Below are positions 8,744 through 18,042 of a stretch of DNA of 64,000 nucleotides, one piece after another. Below the pieces are notes generated by a model. It ran no database searches. It was not told the DNA's origin and worked only from the letters and a program-made list of their open reading frames with translations. The number at the start of each line of letters is the position of its first letter. Position 1 is the first letter of the stretch. Both the position numbers and the translations under genes were made by a program. Source of the stretch: Deltaproteobacteria bacterium (GTDB taxonomy: Bacteria > Desulfobacterota > Syntrophia > Syntrophales > Smithellaceae); contig JAAYDW010000011.1 of NCBI GenBank assembly GCA_012729055.1, positions 4,402 to 68,401 on the forward strand, written 5' to 3'.

Positions 8744-11700
8744 CGTCAGATAAAACAGCCCAACAACTCCTGCTCGACGAGCGCAACCATGTCGAGAAAC
8801 CCTTCCTCGACCAACTTCACGGTCTAGGATGGGAGATTATCGATCTCGACGGCAAGCAGCACCCAAGCGACAGCTACCGTCAGAGCTTTACCGAGGTGGT
8901 GATGCTGCCGGTGCTGAGGGCGCAGCTTAAGGTCATTAATGACTGGCTGGAAGACGATCAGGTCGAAGAAGTGGTCAAGTCGCTTACGGCAAGCTTTCCC
9001 GGAACCGGTCTGATTTCGAACAACCGCCACGTCTTTACCCTTTTATTGGAAAACACCAGTGTAAGTGTTAACCGCCGCACGGGCGAGAAAAGCCCGACGG
9101 TGCGTTTTGTGGATTTTACGCATCGCGACAATAACCGCTTTATTGCGGTCTGCCAGCTCAAGGTGCGCATCCTGGGCACGGAGCATCATATCGTGCCGGA
9201 CATTGTCCTTTTCTTAAACGGCCTGCCGGTGGTGGTGGTGGAATGCAAATCCCCCAAGGTTAAAGACGCTATCCCGGAAGCCATTGATCAGATCTTGCGC
9301 TACAGCGAACAGCGTGGGGCCAGGGGCGAGGGCAGCGTGCCTCTTTTCTTCTATAATCAGTTTGTCATTGCCACCTGCCGTCAGCAGGCCAAGTTCGGCA
9401 CGATTACCACGCACAGTGAAAAATACTTCTACCGCTGGGCCGATCCTTACCCCCGCACGGTCGATGATCTGGAACACGGTGAAAGCGGCCCCAACGATCA
9501 GCAGCGACTGGTGGCCGGAATGCTCGACCGTGATAATCTGCTGGATCTCATTCGCACCTTTACGCTCTTTTCGACCAACGACAAGGGTGAGACGATCAAG
9601 ATTGTGGGGCGTTACCAGCAGTTTCGCGCCGTCAAGCTGGCAGTCAAGCGACTGCTGATGGGCCAAAGCCCCCGCGAACGGAGCGGTATTATCTGGCATA
9701 CGCAGGGCTCGGGCAAATCGCTGACCATGATGTTTATGGTTCGGGAGATGTATCGACATGCCCGGCTCTCGCATTGGAAGGTGGTCTTTGTCACCGACCG
9801 TACACAACTGGAAGGTCAGTTGACGGAAACCAGCCAGAGTATCGGCTTTACGGTCAAAGTGGCTGACAGCATTAAGACACTCAAAGAACTGTTGCGCTCC
9901 GATTCCTCCGATCTGGTCATGGCCATGATCCACAAATTTCGCGAAGCGGATTTGACGGAAACCTTCCCGGAATTGAACGCCAGCCCCTGCATTTTGGTGA
10001 TGACCGACGAAGCGCACCGGTCACAGTATGCCATGCTGGGTGCGAACCTTGATCGCGGCATCCCCAACGCCGCCCGCATCGGCTACACAGGAACGCCGAT
10101 CGACAAAACGGAGCGCGTCTTCGGCGACTACATCGACAAATACACGATGCGCCAGTCCATTGATGATGGTGTGACGCTGGAGATCGTCTATGAAGGACGC
10201 ACGCATAACGCTGAAGTGGCAGACCAAAAGGCGATGGATACGGCTTTTGCGGATGTCTTCAGCGATTATAACCTTCAGCAGCGTATGGATATTCTGGGTT
10301 ACGGTTCCCGTGAGGCCTACCTGGAATCCAAGACTACCATTGAGGCCAAGGCCAAAGACATGATCGAGCATTATCTGACGCATGTATTCCCCAATGGCTA
10401 TAAGGCGCAGGTGGTGGCCACGTCCCGCGAAGCAGCGGTGCGTTACAAGGGTTTTATTGATGATGCGCTGACGGCGGCCATTGCTGAATTGGAAAAGGCC
10501 AAATGCGGTCATTCCGGGCATGAACCGGAATCCAGGAATAATTCTAAAGAACCTCTGGATTCCCGCCTGCGCGGGAATGACAAGTCGTGGAACGTGCCGG
10601 CAATAGACTTCGAACAATTAAAAAAGCTGACGACGGACGTAATCATCTCCGGCAATCACAATGACTTGCCTCACCTTAAGGCCTATGCGGATGATTCCAA
10701 ACATGAAACCAGCATCAAGAGTTTCAAGATGGCTTTTGGGAACAAGGAAGAAGAAATCACCGGTGACATGGGCATTCTGATTGTCAACAATATGTTGCTG
10801 ACCGGCTTTGATGCGCCGGTTGAGCAGGTCATGTATCTGGATAAGGTTATTGTAGCCCACAATTTGCTTCAGGCCATTGCCCGCGTCAACCGCGTGGGCG
10901 GAGAAGGCAAGGATAAGGGCTTTGTGGTGGATTATGTGGGCATCGGCCACCACCTGAAAAAGGCTATTGATACTTATGATGAACGTGAACAGAAGGAAGT
11001 GATCGACACCCTGAGCTTCCCCGAGGAAGAGTTGCGGGAGCTGCAAGCGTCTCATGCGGCCATTCTGGACCTGCTTAAGAAACACGGACTCACAGACCTG
11101 ACGGATCATGATGCATTCTTTGATATCTTCTATGACGAAGATCTGCGTTTTGATTTCATGCTGGCCTTTAAACAGTTGACCCGATGCCTGAACCTCGTAT
11201 TCCCGGCAAAAGAAGCGCTTGCCTACATGGCCGACTACCAGGCCCTGGCCGAAATCAACGTGCTGGCAGGAAAGCATTTCCGGGATGAACGCCTGAGCAT
11301 GAAAGGCATTCCCGCCAAGTTACGCGGGATTACCGACGCCTATCTGGAATCCAAGGGTATCGAGGTAAAAATCGAACCGATCTCTATCCTTGATGCGGAT
11401 TTTGAAAAGGAAGTTGACAAGCGAAGCCGGACCAAGACCAAGGCGGCGGAAGTGGAGCATGCCATTCGCCATCACCTGGATATTGAACTGGCTGATGATC
11501 CTGATCTTCAGGCGTCCTTCGCCGCCGCATTGGCTGCGATATTTGAAAAATTTCGCAACAACTGGAAAAAGATTTATGAGGAACTGGAGAAGCTGCGCGA
11601 ACGCATCATTAATGCCGGTAAAGAGCCGACCTATGGACTACACAGGAAGAAGCAGATGCCGTTCTTCCGCATGTTTGCCAGAGAAATATTCGGTGAAGGT

Positions 11701-12012
11701 GCGGCAGCTCAGCCTCAGGCCGTGCCAATTGCCGAGCCTGCCCCTGACTATGGCATGAATCACGAAGACAGGATCAGCCATTTGGTTGACCTGACGCAGA
11801 AAGTGTTTCTGATTGTCGAACGGGAATTGAAACTTACCGGGTTCTGGGAAAGCATTCCTGCCCGCAATAAATTAAAAGCTGATATTCAAGCCGCCTTGCT
11901 GGCTCCCGAATTCTCAGAGCTTCCTGGCATCGTAAAAAACAGAGCGCGCATTATTTCCCGGATCATGGAAATCGCTGAAAGCAAAAACGACATTATCCTT
12001 TACGCAGAGTGA
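8740..12012 (+). CDS. hsdR: Type I R-M restriction subunit
   Basis: PDIVLFLNGLPVVVVECK nuclease motif, IWHTQGSGKS Walker A, DEAHRSQ, MLLTGFDAP, LLQAIARVNR. ATG 8740 overlaps the upstream stop. Confidence 0.97.
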   Translation: MTSDKTAQQLLLDERNHVEKPFLDQLHGLGWEIIDLDGKQHPSDSYRQSFTEVVMLPVLRAQLKVINDWLEDDQVEEVVKSLTASFPGTGLISNNRHVFTLLLENTSVSVNRRTGEKSPTVRFVDFTHRDNNRFIAVCQLKVRILGTEHHIVPDIVLFLNGLPVVVVECKSPKVKDAIPEAIDQILRYSEQRGARGEGSVPLFFYNQFVIATCRQQAKFGTITTHSEKYFYRWADPYPRTVDDLEHGESGPNDQQRLVAGMLDRDNLLDLIRTFTLFSTNDKGETIKIVGRYQQFRAVKLAVKRLLMGQSPRERSGIIWHTQGSGKSLTMMFMVREMYRHARLSHWKVVFVTDRTQLEGQLTETSQSIGFTVKVADSIKTLKELLRSDSSDLVMAMIHKFREADLTETFPELNASPCILVMTDEAHRSQYAMLGANLDRGIPNAARIGYTGTPIDKTERVFGDYIDKYTMRQSIDDGVTLEIVYEGRTHNAEVADQKAMDTAFADVFSDYNLQQRMDILGYGSREAYLESKTTIEAKAKDMIEHYLTHVFPNGYKAQVVATSREAAVRYKGFIDDALTAAIAELEKAKCGHSGHEPESRNNSKEPLDSRLRGNDKSWNVPAIDFEQLKKLTTDVIISGNHNDLPHLKAYADDSKHETSIKSFKMAFGNKEEEITGDMGILIVNNMLLTGFDAPVEQVMYLDKVIVAHNLLQAIARVNRVGGEGKDKGFVVDYVGIGHHLKKAIDTYDEREQKEVIDTLSFPEEELRELQASHAAILDLLKKHGLTDLTDHDAFFDIFYDEDLRFDFMLAFKQLTRCLNLVFPAKEALAYMADYQALAEINVLAGKHFRDERLSMKGIPAKLRGITDAYLESKGIEVKIEPISILDADFEKEVDKRSRTKTKAAEVEHAIRHHLDIELADDPDLQASFAAALAAIFEKFRNNWKKIYEELEKLRERIINAGKEPTYGLHRKKQMPFFRMFAREIFGEGAAAQPQAVPIAEPAPDYGMNHEDRISHLVDLTQKVFLIVERELKLTGFWESIPARNKLKADIQAALLAPEFSELPGIVKNRARIISRIMEIAESKNDIILYAE
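10508..10581. repeat. Palindromic REP/RPE-like mini-element inserted in frame in hsdR
   Basis: GTCATTCC-GGGCATGAACC-GGAATCCAG ... CTGGATTCCCGCCTGCGCGGGAATGAC. The arms are inverted copies and each is a hairpin. Encodes GHSGHEPES...LDSRLRGND. Confidence 0.85.
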
Positions 12013-12016
12013 CAGG

Positions 12017-12700
12017 ATGGAGCTCTCCTACATCATTCAGAGATCAGCCAAACGACACAAATTGACGATATCCGTCGAACGGGATCGCCGCGTTGTGGTC
12101 CACGCACCGGAGAGAATGTCCGACGAAGATATCCGGCGTGTGGTTGAGTCAAAACGCGGGTGGATTTACGAAAAGACGGGCCATGCCCAGAAATATCAGG
12201 ATCTGCCTCATCCGCCGGGAAAGGAACTGGTCAGCGGCGAGTCGGTTCTCTATCTTGGCAGGCAATATCGCGTTGACATCGCAAAAAACGGTTCAACAGA
12301 AATTAAATTTAAACAGCGTTTCCTGATTCCGGCCATCAATACAGAAAAAAGAATGGAAGCTTTGCGTCAGTGGCACATCAGCCGCGCCGAAGAAAAAATT
12401 ATTCCGCGAACCAAACTCCATGCTCGCGCCCTCGGTGTGGATGTCGCCGCAATTCGTATTGTTGACAACCGTTATCGCTGGGGTTCTTGTACCATGAAGG
12501 GCCATGTGCATTTCAACTGGCGGCTGATCAAGGCCCCTATGTTTGTCATTGACTACGTTATCGTCCATGAACTCACTCATCTCATTGAGGCCAATCACAC
12601 ACCCAGGTTTTGGAACATAGTGCGGTCACAAACCTCGACAATGGAAAAAGCAAAAGCATGGTTGAAGGAATACGGGCAGTTGCTGGAACAGGCGCTTTAG
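12017..12700 (+). CDS. M48/SprT-like zinc metallopeptidase (YgjP/DUF45), typical downstream of hsdR
   Basis: RWGSC, FNWRL, IDYVIVHELTHL...NHTPRFW. Confidence 0.92.
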   Translation: MELSYIIQRSAKRHKLTISVERDRRVVVHAPERMSDEDIRRVVESKRGWIYEKTGHAQKYQDLPHPPGKELVSGESVLYLGRQYRVDIAKNGSTEIKFKQRFLIPAINTEKRMEALRQWHISRAEEKIIPRTKLHARALGVDVAAIRIVDNRYRWGSCTMKGHVHFNWRLIKAPMFVIDYVIVHELTHLIEANHTPRFWNIVRSQTSTMEKAKAWLKEYGQLLEQAL

Positions 12701-13043
12701 AAAGGGTAAGAAATAACAAAGCCTTTGGCCATTTCTAACCGCACGGAAAAACGCGATGAATTTATTGATCTTAAAAAAATTGCTTTTCAATTTGCAAGTT
12801 TAATGCAGATGACCTTTCCTCGCTTGAACAGGATTGCGTTACCGCCTGATCGCCCGATCTTTCCTCTTGACAATTGCCGCCCAAAACCGCAAACACCACT
12901 AGCTCAGGGGTCTTCCCGCTGGTCCGGCAGAAAGATTTCTTCCTCCGGTCGAAAGGACATGAAAAGGAAGTGCAGCAAAGTCTTCCCGGCCGGCCCAATC
13001 GACGGAAAGCGCATGTTGAGATATTACGGAAGGTGAACGGATT

Positions 13044-13814
13044 TTGAAAATTGCTTCTTTGGCGTCCGGCAGCAACGGCAACTGCTATTATCTGGAAGAA
13101 GGCGACGACGCCGTTTTGATCGACGCGGGCGTGAGCCGCAAACAGATTATCGAAAGGATGAACCGGCTCGGACTTTCTTTGTCCAAACTGCGGGGCGTAT
13201 TCATTTCCCACGAGCACAACGATCATATTCACGGCAGCGATGTCTTCGCCCGGAAACACGGGATGGAGATTTTCCTGACGCAAAAGACCTACGCGGCCTA
13301 CGGGCGAACCATCAACGGTGGATCGGTCAGCTTCTTTTCCCCGGGGCAAAAGGTGCAGGTCGGCAGCCTCTGCGTTCATCCTTTTCTGAAATCGCACGAC
13401 GCAGCCCAGCCGTGCAGTTTTTCCGTCTCTTCCGCCGACCGGAATGTGGCGGTGATGACGGACATCGGCATACACTGCGAAAACGTGATTGAATATCTGC
13501 GCCGCGCCGACGCCGTCTTTCTGGAATCCAACTACGACGAACAGATGCTGAAGACCGGGCCGTACCCGGCGTATATGAAAAGAAGGATCGCCTCCGATGT
13601 GGGCCACCTGTCCAATGTCCAGGCCGCCGCGCTTGCGCTTGCACATGCGTCCTCCCGCCTGAAACACGTCTTCTTGTCCCATCTTTCGGCAAACAACAAT
13701 ACGCCGGAGCTGGCGCTCAGGACGTTTATGGAGATGATCGGAAAAAGAAGCGATCTGAAGCCGGAGGTCCGGATCGCTTCCCGGGAAAAAGAAAGCAGTA
13801 TTGTCTGTCTGTAG
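13044..13814 (+). CDS. MBL-fold metallo-hydrolase (YycJ/WalJ-like)
   Basis: LASGSNGN, SHEHNDH, SHDA, LESNYD, GHLSN, HLS..NN. TTG start after GGAAGG. Confidence 0.9.
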   Translation: MKIASLASGSNGNCYYLEEGDDAVLIDAGVSRKQIIERMNRLGLSLSKLRGVFISHEHNDHIHGSDVFARKHGMEIFLTQKTYAAYGRTINGGSVSFFSPGQKVQVGSLCVHPFLKSHDAAQPCSFSVSSADRNVAVMTDIGIHCENVIEYLRRADAVFLESNYDEQMLKTGPYPAYMKRRIASDVGHLSNVQAAALALAHASSRLKHVFLSHLSANNNTPELALRTFMEMIGKRSDLKPEVRIASREKESSIVCL

Positions 13815-13879
13815 GGTATAGATTCAGAGGCCACAGTCACATCGCCACCCCGGCAAAACCGGGGGCAAGTTTATTCCTC

Positions 13880-13906
13880 CTGAATTCCCGCCTGCGCGGG
13901 AATGAC
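13880..13906. repeat. Intergenic copy of the same palindromic arm (CTGAATTCCCGCCTGCGCGGGAATGAC)
   Basis: One mismatch to 10555-10581. Confidence 0.9.
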
Positions 13907-14151
13907 GATTTTTAGCGCTGTCGTGAAACTGCGGATATCCCCCGCTGCTGCGCGTTTGGGTTTCTGATTCGCAACCTCTTCCGCGTCCCGGTTGGCGCAC
14001 TGCATACGATGCCCTTCTGAGGGCCTGCTCGTGTCAGGCGTTATTCTCTTGCCGGACAGATATTCATTTTCTGGCGCCCGTCGGCGCGTCCCCCGGAAAG
14101 ACAACGGAAAAGTTTACCATGTCCGTCAGAAATGCTTTTTCGGGATGACTA

Positions 14152-15045
14152 TTATCCCGGCTGCAACCCCACCAGTCGGCCGATGCGTTCGGTCACCTGG
14201 GCATTCAATCCAAGCTTGGCGGCGAAATCTTCCAGGTAACTTTTTTCCGCCGGCGTATCCACCTCGATCGCCAGCAGAGACGCGACATACATCTGGGCCG
14301 CCAGTTCCGCCTGCCCCCGGGCGAGCGCCACAAGGGTTTCCGTTTCCATCGGCCCGCGAAGCTGTTCCTGCAAATAGCGGCGTCCATCTTCGTCCAGTCC
14401 GATTTCTTCGACTTTCCCCGTCAGGCGGTCGATTTCGTTTTGGTCAATCCGGCCATCGGCTTTGATGGCGTTGATCATCGCGCGCAAAATCAGTTCTGAG
14501 TTCTGCTCCAGCTCCTTGACTTCGGCATCGGTCTGCGGCTCCAGCAATCCCACCGGAACCTGCGTTTTGGCCTGGCCGCTGCCTTTGAGCGCATTAAAGG
14601 CCAGGGCCCCGAGCAGCGCCACAAGCCCTCCGCCCACGGCGCCGCCCAATGATTTTTTGCCGCCGCCCATAAGCGAACCGATCAGCGCCCCCAAGCTTCC
14701 TATGGCCAGATTTTTATTGCCGCCGACGGCTTTCCCCGCATCGCCCAGAAGACCGGAAAGCAAATCTCCGATGCTCCCCGCACCACCCGCGGCGCCGCCG
14801 GATTGCCCGCCGCGCAACGCGCCGGAGAGCATCTCGCCGATGCTGCCGCCGCCGCTTTTTCCCCCGCCCGGAACACCGGACAACAGATCGCCTGCGGCGC
14901 CGCCGGACGGTCCGGATGAGCGTCCCATCATTGCGGAAAGACTGTCCAGCACATTTCCTCCGCCCAGTGAATTTTTGAGCCGGTCACCGGATGACGGTGA
15001 CAAGCCCGACTGTACCACGGCTCCCAAAAGCTCGCTGATGTTCAT
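14152..15045 (-). CDS. DUF533/YebE (TerB-like) protein with Gly-rich N-terminus
   Basis: LILRAMINAIKADGRID..E, MYVASLLAIEVDT..E..YL; repeated GDLLSG/GEMLSG segments. Confidence 0.85.
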   Translation of the reverse strand: MNISELLGAVVQSGLSPSSGDRLKNSLGGGNVLDSLSAMMGRSSGPSGGAAGDLLSGVPGGGKSGGGSIGEMLSGALRGGQSGGAAGGAGSIGDLLSGLLGDAGKAVGGNKNLAIGSLGALIGSLMGGGKKSLGGAVGGGLVALLGALAFNALKGSGQAKTQVPVGLLEPQTDAEVKELEQNSELILRAMINAIKADGRIDQNEIDRLTGKVEEIGLDEDGRRYLQEQLRGPMETETLVALARGQAELAAQMYVASLLAIEVDTPAEKSYLEDFAAKLGLNAQVTERIGRLVGLQPG

Positions 15046-15181
15046 TGCTCAATCCTCCTGTCGAAGATGTCCGATTAAAAAAACTGAATGCGTCCATGAT
15101 TCAGGCAGAATGTTTCGTTCGGTTTTAATCCAGCCCCGTATTTCAGAGATACCTTTTTTATCGATTTGGCAAGGGGTATTT

Positions 15182-15237
15182 CCTAGTCAAGATATCGTCA
15201 AGATATCCTTGACTAGGCAGGGGGGCTTTCTTATACT
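15182..15237 (+). promoter_or_regulatory. Sigma70-like promoter TTGACT-N17-TATACT overlapped by an inverted repeat
   Basis: -35 at 15209-15214, -10 at 15232-15237. Perfect inverted repeat CCTAGTCAAG (15182-15191) / CTTGACTAGG (15208-15217). Confidence 0.7.
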
Positions 15238-15264
15238 GCGAGGCAATTCGATGGAGAGAATGCC

Positions 15265-16020
15265 ATGCCTGAGATCATCGCGATTCATTCCTTTCGGGGC
15301 GGAACGGGAAAATCCAACACAGCGGCCAACCTGGCCTGCCTGCTGGCCCGGCAGGGCCGGCGCGTCGGCGTCGTGGATACGGACATCCAGTCTCCCGGCA
15401 TTCACGTGCTGTTCAACCTCGATCCGAAAGACGCGGCCCATACCTTAAACGATTTCCTCTGGGGCAAATGCGACATCGGACGCGCGGTTTACGACGTGTC
15501 CCGGATTCTCGGACCGGAAGAGCGGGGAAAGCTCTTTCTCATCCCCTCGAGCATCCGCACGGGCGACATTGCCCGGGTCCTGCATTACGGCTACGACATC
15601 AATCTGCTCAAGGAAGGGTATCAGCAGGCCATTGAGCAGTTCGCGCTCGATTATCTTTTCATCGACACCCATCCGGGCTTAAACGAGGAGACGCTGATGT
15701 CGATCGCCATCGCCGACACCCTCCTCATTCTCCTGCGTCCCGACCAGCAGGATTACCAGGGAACGGCCGTAACAGTCGAGGTTTCCCGCGCGCTCGAGGT
15801 TCCCCGGATGTTTCTGATCGTCAACAAAGCGCCCGCCTCGCTTTGCGGCGACGCGCTGGCCGCTAAAGTCGCAGCAACCTACAATTGCGACGTGGCGGGG
15901 GTCCTGCCGCACGCCGACGAGATGATGGAGTTGGGAAGCTCCGGCATTTTTTGTCTCACGCACCCGGATTCGTCGCTTGGCCGGGCCATAGACGGCATTC
16001 TCCGGAGAATCGAGACATGA
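15265..16020 (+). CDS. MinD/ParA family ATPase
   Basis: HSFRGGTGKSN deviant Walker A, VDTD, IDTHPG, IVNK. Confidence 0.9.
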   Translation: MPEIIAIHSFRGGTGKSNTAANLACLLARQGRRVGVVDTDIQSPGIHVLFNLDPKDAAHTLNDFLWGKCDIGRAVYDVSRILGPEERGKLFLIPSSIRTGDIARVLHYGYDINLLKEGYQQAIEQFALDYLFIDTHPGLNEETLMSIAIADTLLILLRPDQQDYQGTAVTVEVSRALEVPRMFLIVNKAPASLCGDALAAKVAATYNCDVAGVLPHADEMMELGSSGIFCLTHPDSSLGRAIDGILRRIET

Positions 16021-17045
16021 ATCCAGACGCAAAGAAAATCCTCCTTGCCGGGTTGATCTTTGCCGTCGTCTACGGGCTCTTGAACAGCCTTTCCAATATT
16101 TTCCTGCTGCCGTCCGCGCCGATCATCTCCTTTCGGCCGCAGATCGCGCTGCCGATGGCCGTGGGCATTCTGGTCCACCCGCTGGCCGGCTTCATCACGG
16201 GTTTTGCGGGCAATGTGGTCGGCGACGCCATCAGCGGCTTCGGCGCTTTCAAATTCTGGAACTGGCATATCGCCAACGGTCTCATGGGCCTCATTCCCGG
16301 GCTCGCCGTTTACCGGCACATCCGCCGCATCGACACCGTCCGCGCGTTCGGCATTCTGCAGGGAAGCATCGTTTTCGCCTGCGCCGCGGGCGTCGGAACG
16401 GCGGTCGTCCTGGATTGGCTCTTTTTGCATTTCATGACGTTTCCCGCTTCCCTCCCCTCCTGGATTCTGCCGGCGTTTCTCACCGACGCGGTAAACGGCT
16501 TCATCCTGGTTCCGGCAATTCTTCTGATTGCGGGAAGAATCGTCCTGACCCTTGAGACGCGCACGATTTTAATGATCACCGGCCTTTTGATCGCGAGCAT
16601 TCTCGCCACCGCCGGTTCGATCACCTGGGCGGTCCTCGATGATCTGGTTTCGCACGGGGCCATGGTGCAAAACTTTTACATTGCCGCCATCGTCTCCGTC
16701 GGCCTGCTGGTGATCGGATTTGTCGCTGCTGTCGTTTTTGTCCGAAAGATGACCGCGCCGCTGGCGGCGCTGGGACGCGCGGCCGAAGCCGTGGAAAAAG
16801 GCCGCTACGATCTGCCCGAACTGGCGGCCGTATCGGCGCGCGCAGACGAACTGGGACGGCTGGCCCGCATTTTCGAGCAAATGGCCGGAAAAGTCGGGGA
16901 AAGAGAAAACAGCCTTCAGCGCCAGGTCGCAGAACTGCAAATTACAATCGACCGCGAAAAACAGGCCCGCGACGTTTCCGACATCGTGGATACGGATTAT
17001 TTCCGCGCGTTGAAGGAAAAGGCCCGGAAATTCCGGGGAGCATGA
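16017..17045 (+). CDS. Membrane sensor: ECF S-component-like domain + 2 TM + HAMP + coiled-coil tail, no kinase or cyclase
   Basis: ISFRPQIALP...GFITGFAGNVVGDAISG...WNWHIANGLMG (S-component-like); PLAAL..AAEAVEKGRY...RADELGRLARIFEQM (HAMP). ATG 16017 overlaps the ATPase stop. Confidence 0.75.
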   Translation: MNPDAKKILLAGLIFAVVYGLLNSLSNIFLLPSAPIISFRPQIALPMAVGILVHPLAGFITGFAGNVVGDAISGFGAFKFWNWHIANGLMGLIPGLAVYRHIRRIDTVRAFGILQGSIVFACAAGVGTAVVLDWLFLHFMTFPASLPSWILPAFLTDAVNGFILVPAILLIAGRIVLTLETRTILMITGLLIASILATAGSITWAVLDDLVSHGAMVQNFYIAAIVSVGLLVIGFVAAVVFVRKMTAPLAALGRAAEAVEKGRYDLPELAAVSARADELGRLARIFEQMAGKVGERENSLQRQVAELQITIDREKQARDVSDIVDTDYFRALKEKARKFRGA

Positions 17046-17055
17046 GGAAAGCAGC

Positions 17056-18042
17056 ATGGACGTTATGGCAGCGGCGGTTTTCAACGGCAAACTCACCTAC
17101 GTCGAGGATTATCCTGTGCCGCAAATCAGGCCCGGCTGGGCGAAAATTCGCGTCAGGCTCGCCGGCATCTGCAAAACGGACATGGAAATTCTGAAAGGGT
17201 ACAAGGGATTTGAAGGCGTGCTGGGGCATGAGTTTGTCGGCCACGTGGATCAGTGCGAAGAGGCTTCCTGGATCGGAAGGAGAGTGGTGGGCGAAATCAA
17301 CGCCGCCTGCGGGCAGTGCGACTGGTGCCGCTGCGATCTGGGGCGTCACTGCCCGAACCGCTCGACCCTCGGCATCTCCCGCCTCGACGGCTGCATGGCC
17401 GACTACTGCGTCCTGCCCGTCGCGAACCTCCTTGCGGTCCCGGATCATCTCTCGGACGAACGCGCGGTTCTTGTCGAGCCCTTGTCTGCGGCCTGCGAGA
17501 TTCTGGAGCAGCTGCGGCCCGCGGGCAACGAGCGGGCGGTGGTCCTCGGCGACGGGCGTTTAGGCATTTTGTGCGCCTGGGTGCTTGCCACGGTCCTTTC
17601 GGATGTTACGGTCGTGGGGCATCATCCGGAAAAGCTGGAGATCCTCCGGTGGCGAAATATCCGGACCGCTCTTAAAGAAAAGAATGTTATGCCCGGCGCG
17701 GACATCGTCGTGGAGGCCACCGGGTCGGGCGCGGGAATTGTCGCAGCCATGGCGCTGTGCCGGCCGCGTGGAACGATTGTGATGAAATCCACCGTCGCCG
17801 TTTCCGGCGACGTCAATCTGGCGCCGATCGTTGTGAACGAACAGACAGTTCTGGGATCACGCTGCGGACGCTTTGCCGACGGGCTCAGCATCATGCGCGA
17901 GTTTCCGGACATGCCGCTCGACCGGCTTTTCACCGCCCGCTATCCGCTGGCGCGCGTTCGGGAGGCCTTTGTCCGGGCGACGCAAAGCGACGCCCTCAAA
18001 GTGCTGCTGGATATTTCACCCTCAGACGAAGAGAAAGAATAA
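17056..18042 (+). CDS. Zn-dependent alcohol dehydrogenase (MDR family)
   Basis: GICKTD, GHEFVG, CxxCxxC-x7-C structural Zn site, GDGRLG, EATG. Confidence 0.92.
   Translation: MDVMAAAVFNGKLTYVEDYPVPQIRPGWAKIRVRLAGICKTDMEILKGYKGFEGVLGHEFVGHVDQCEEASWIGRRVVGEINAACGQCDWCRCDLGRHCPNRSTLGISRLDGCMADYCVLPVANLLAVPDHLSDERAVLVEPLSAACEILEQLRPAGNERAVVLGDGRLGILCAWVLATVLSDVTVVGHHPEKLEILRWRNIRTALKEKNVMPGADIVVEATGSGAGIVAAMALCRPRGTIVMKSTVAVSGDVNLAPIVVNEQTVLGSRCGRFADGLSIMREFPDMPLDRLFTARYPLARVREAFVRATQSDALKVLLDISPSDEEKE

Noticed and set aside
12725-13036. 103-aa ORF at the right edge of the R-M island, or an att site
   Set aside because: TTG start, no motifs, and no tRNA or att repeat visible within the window.
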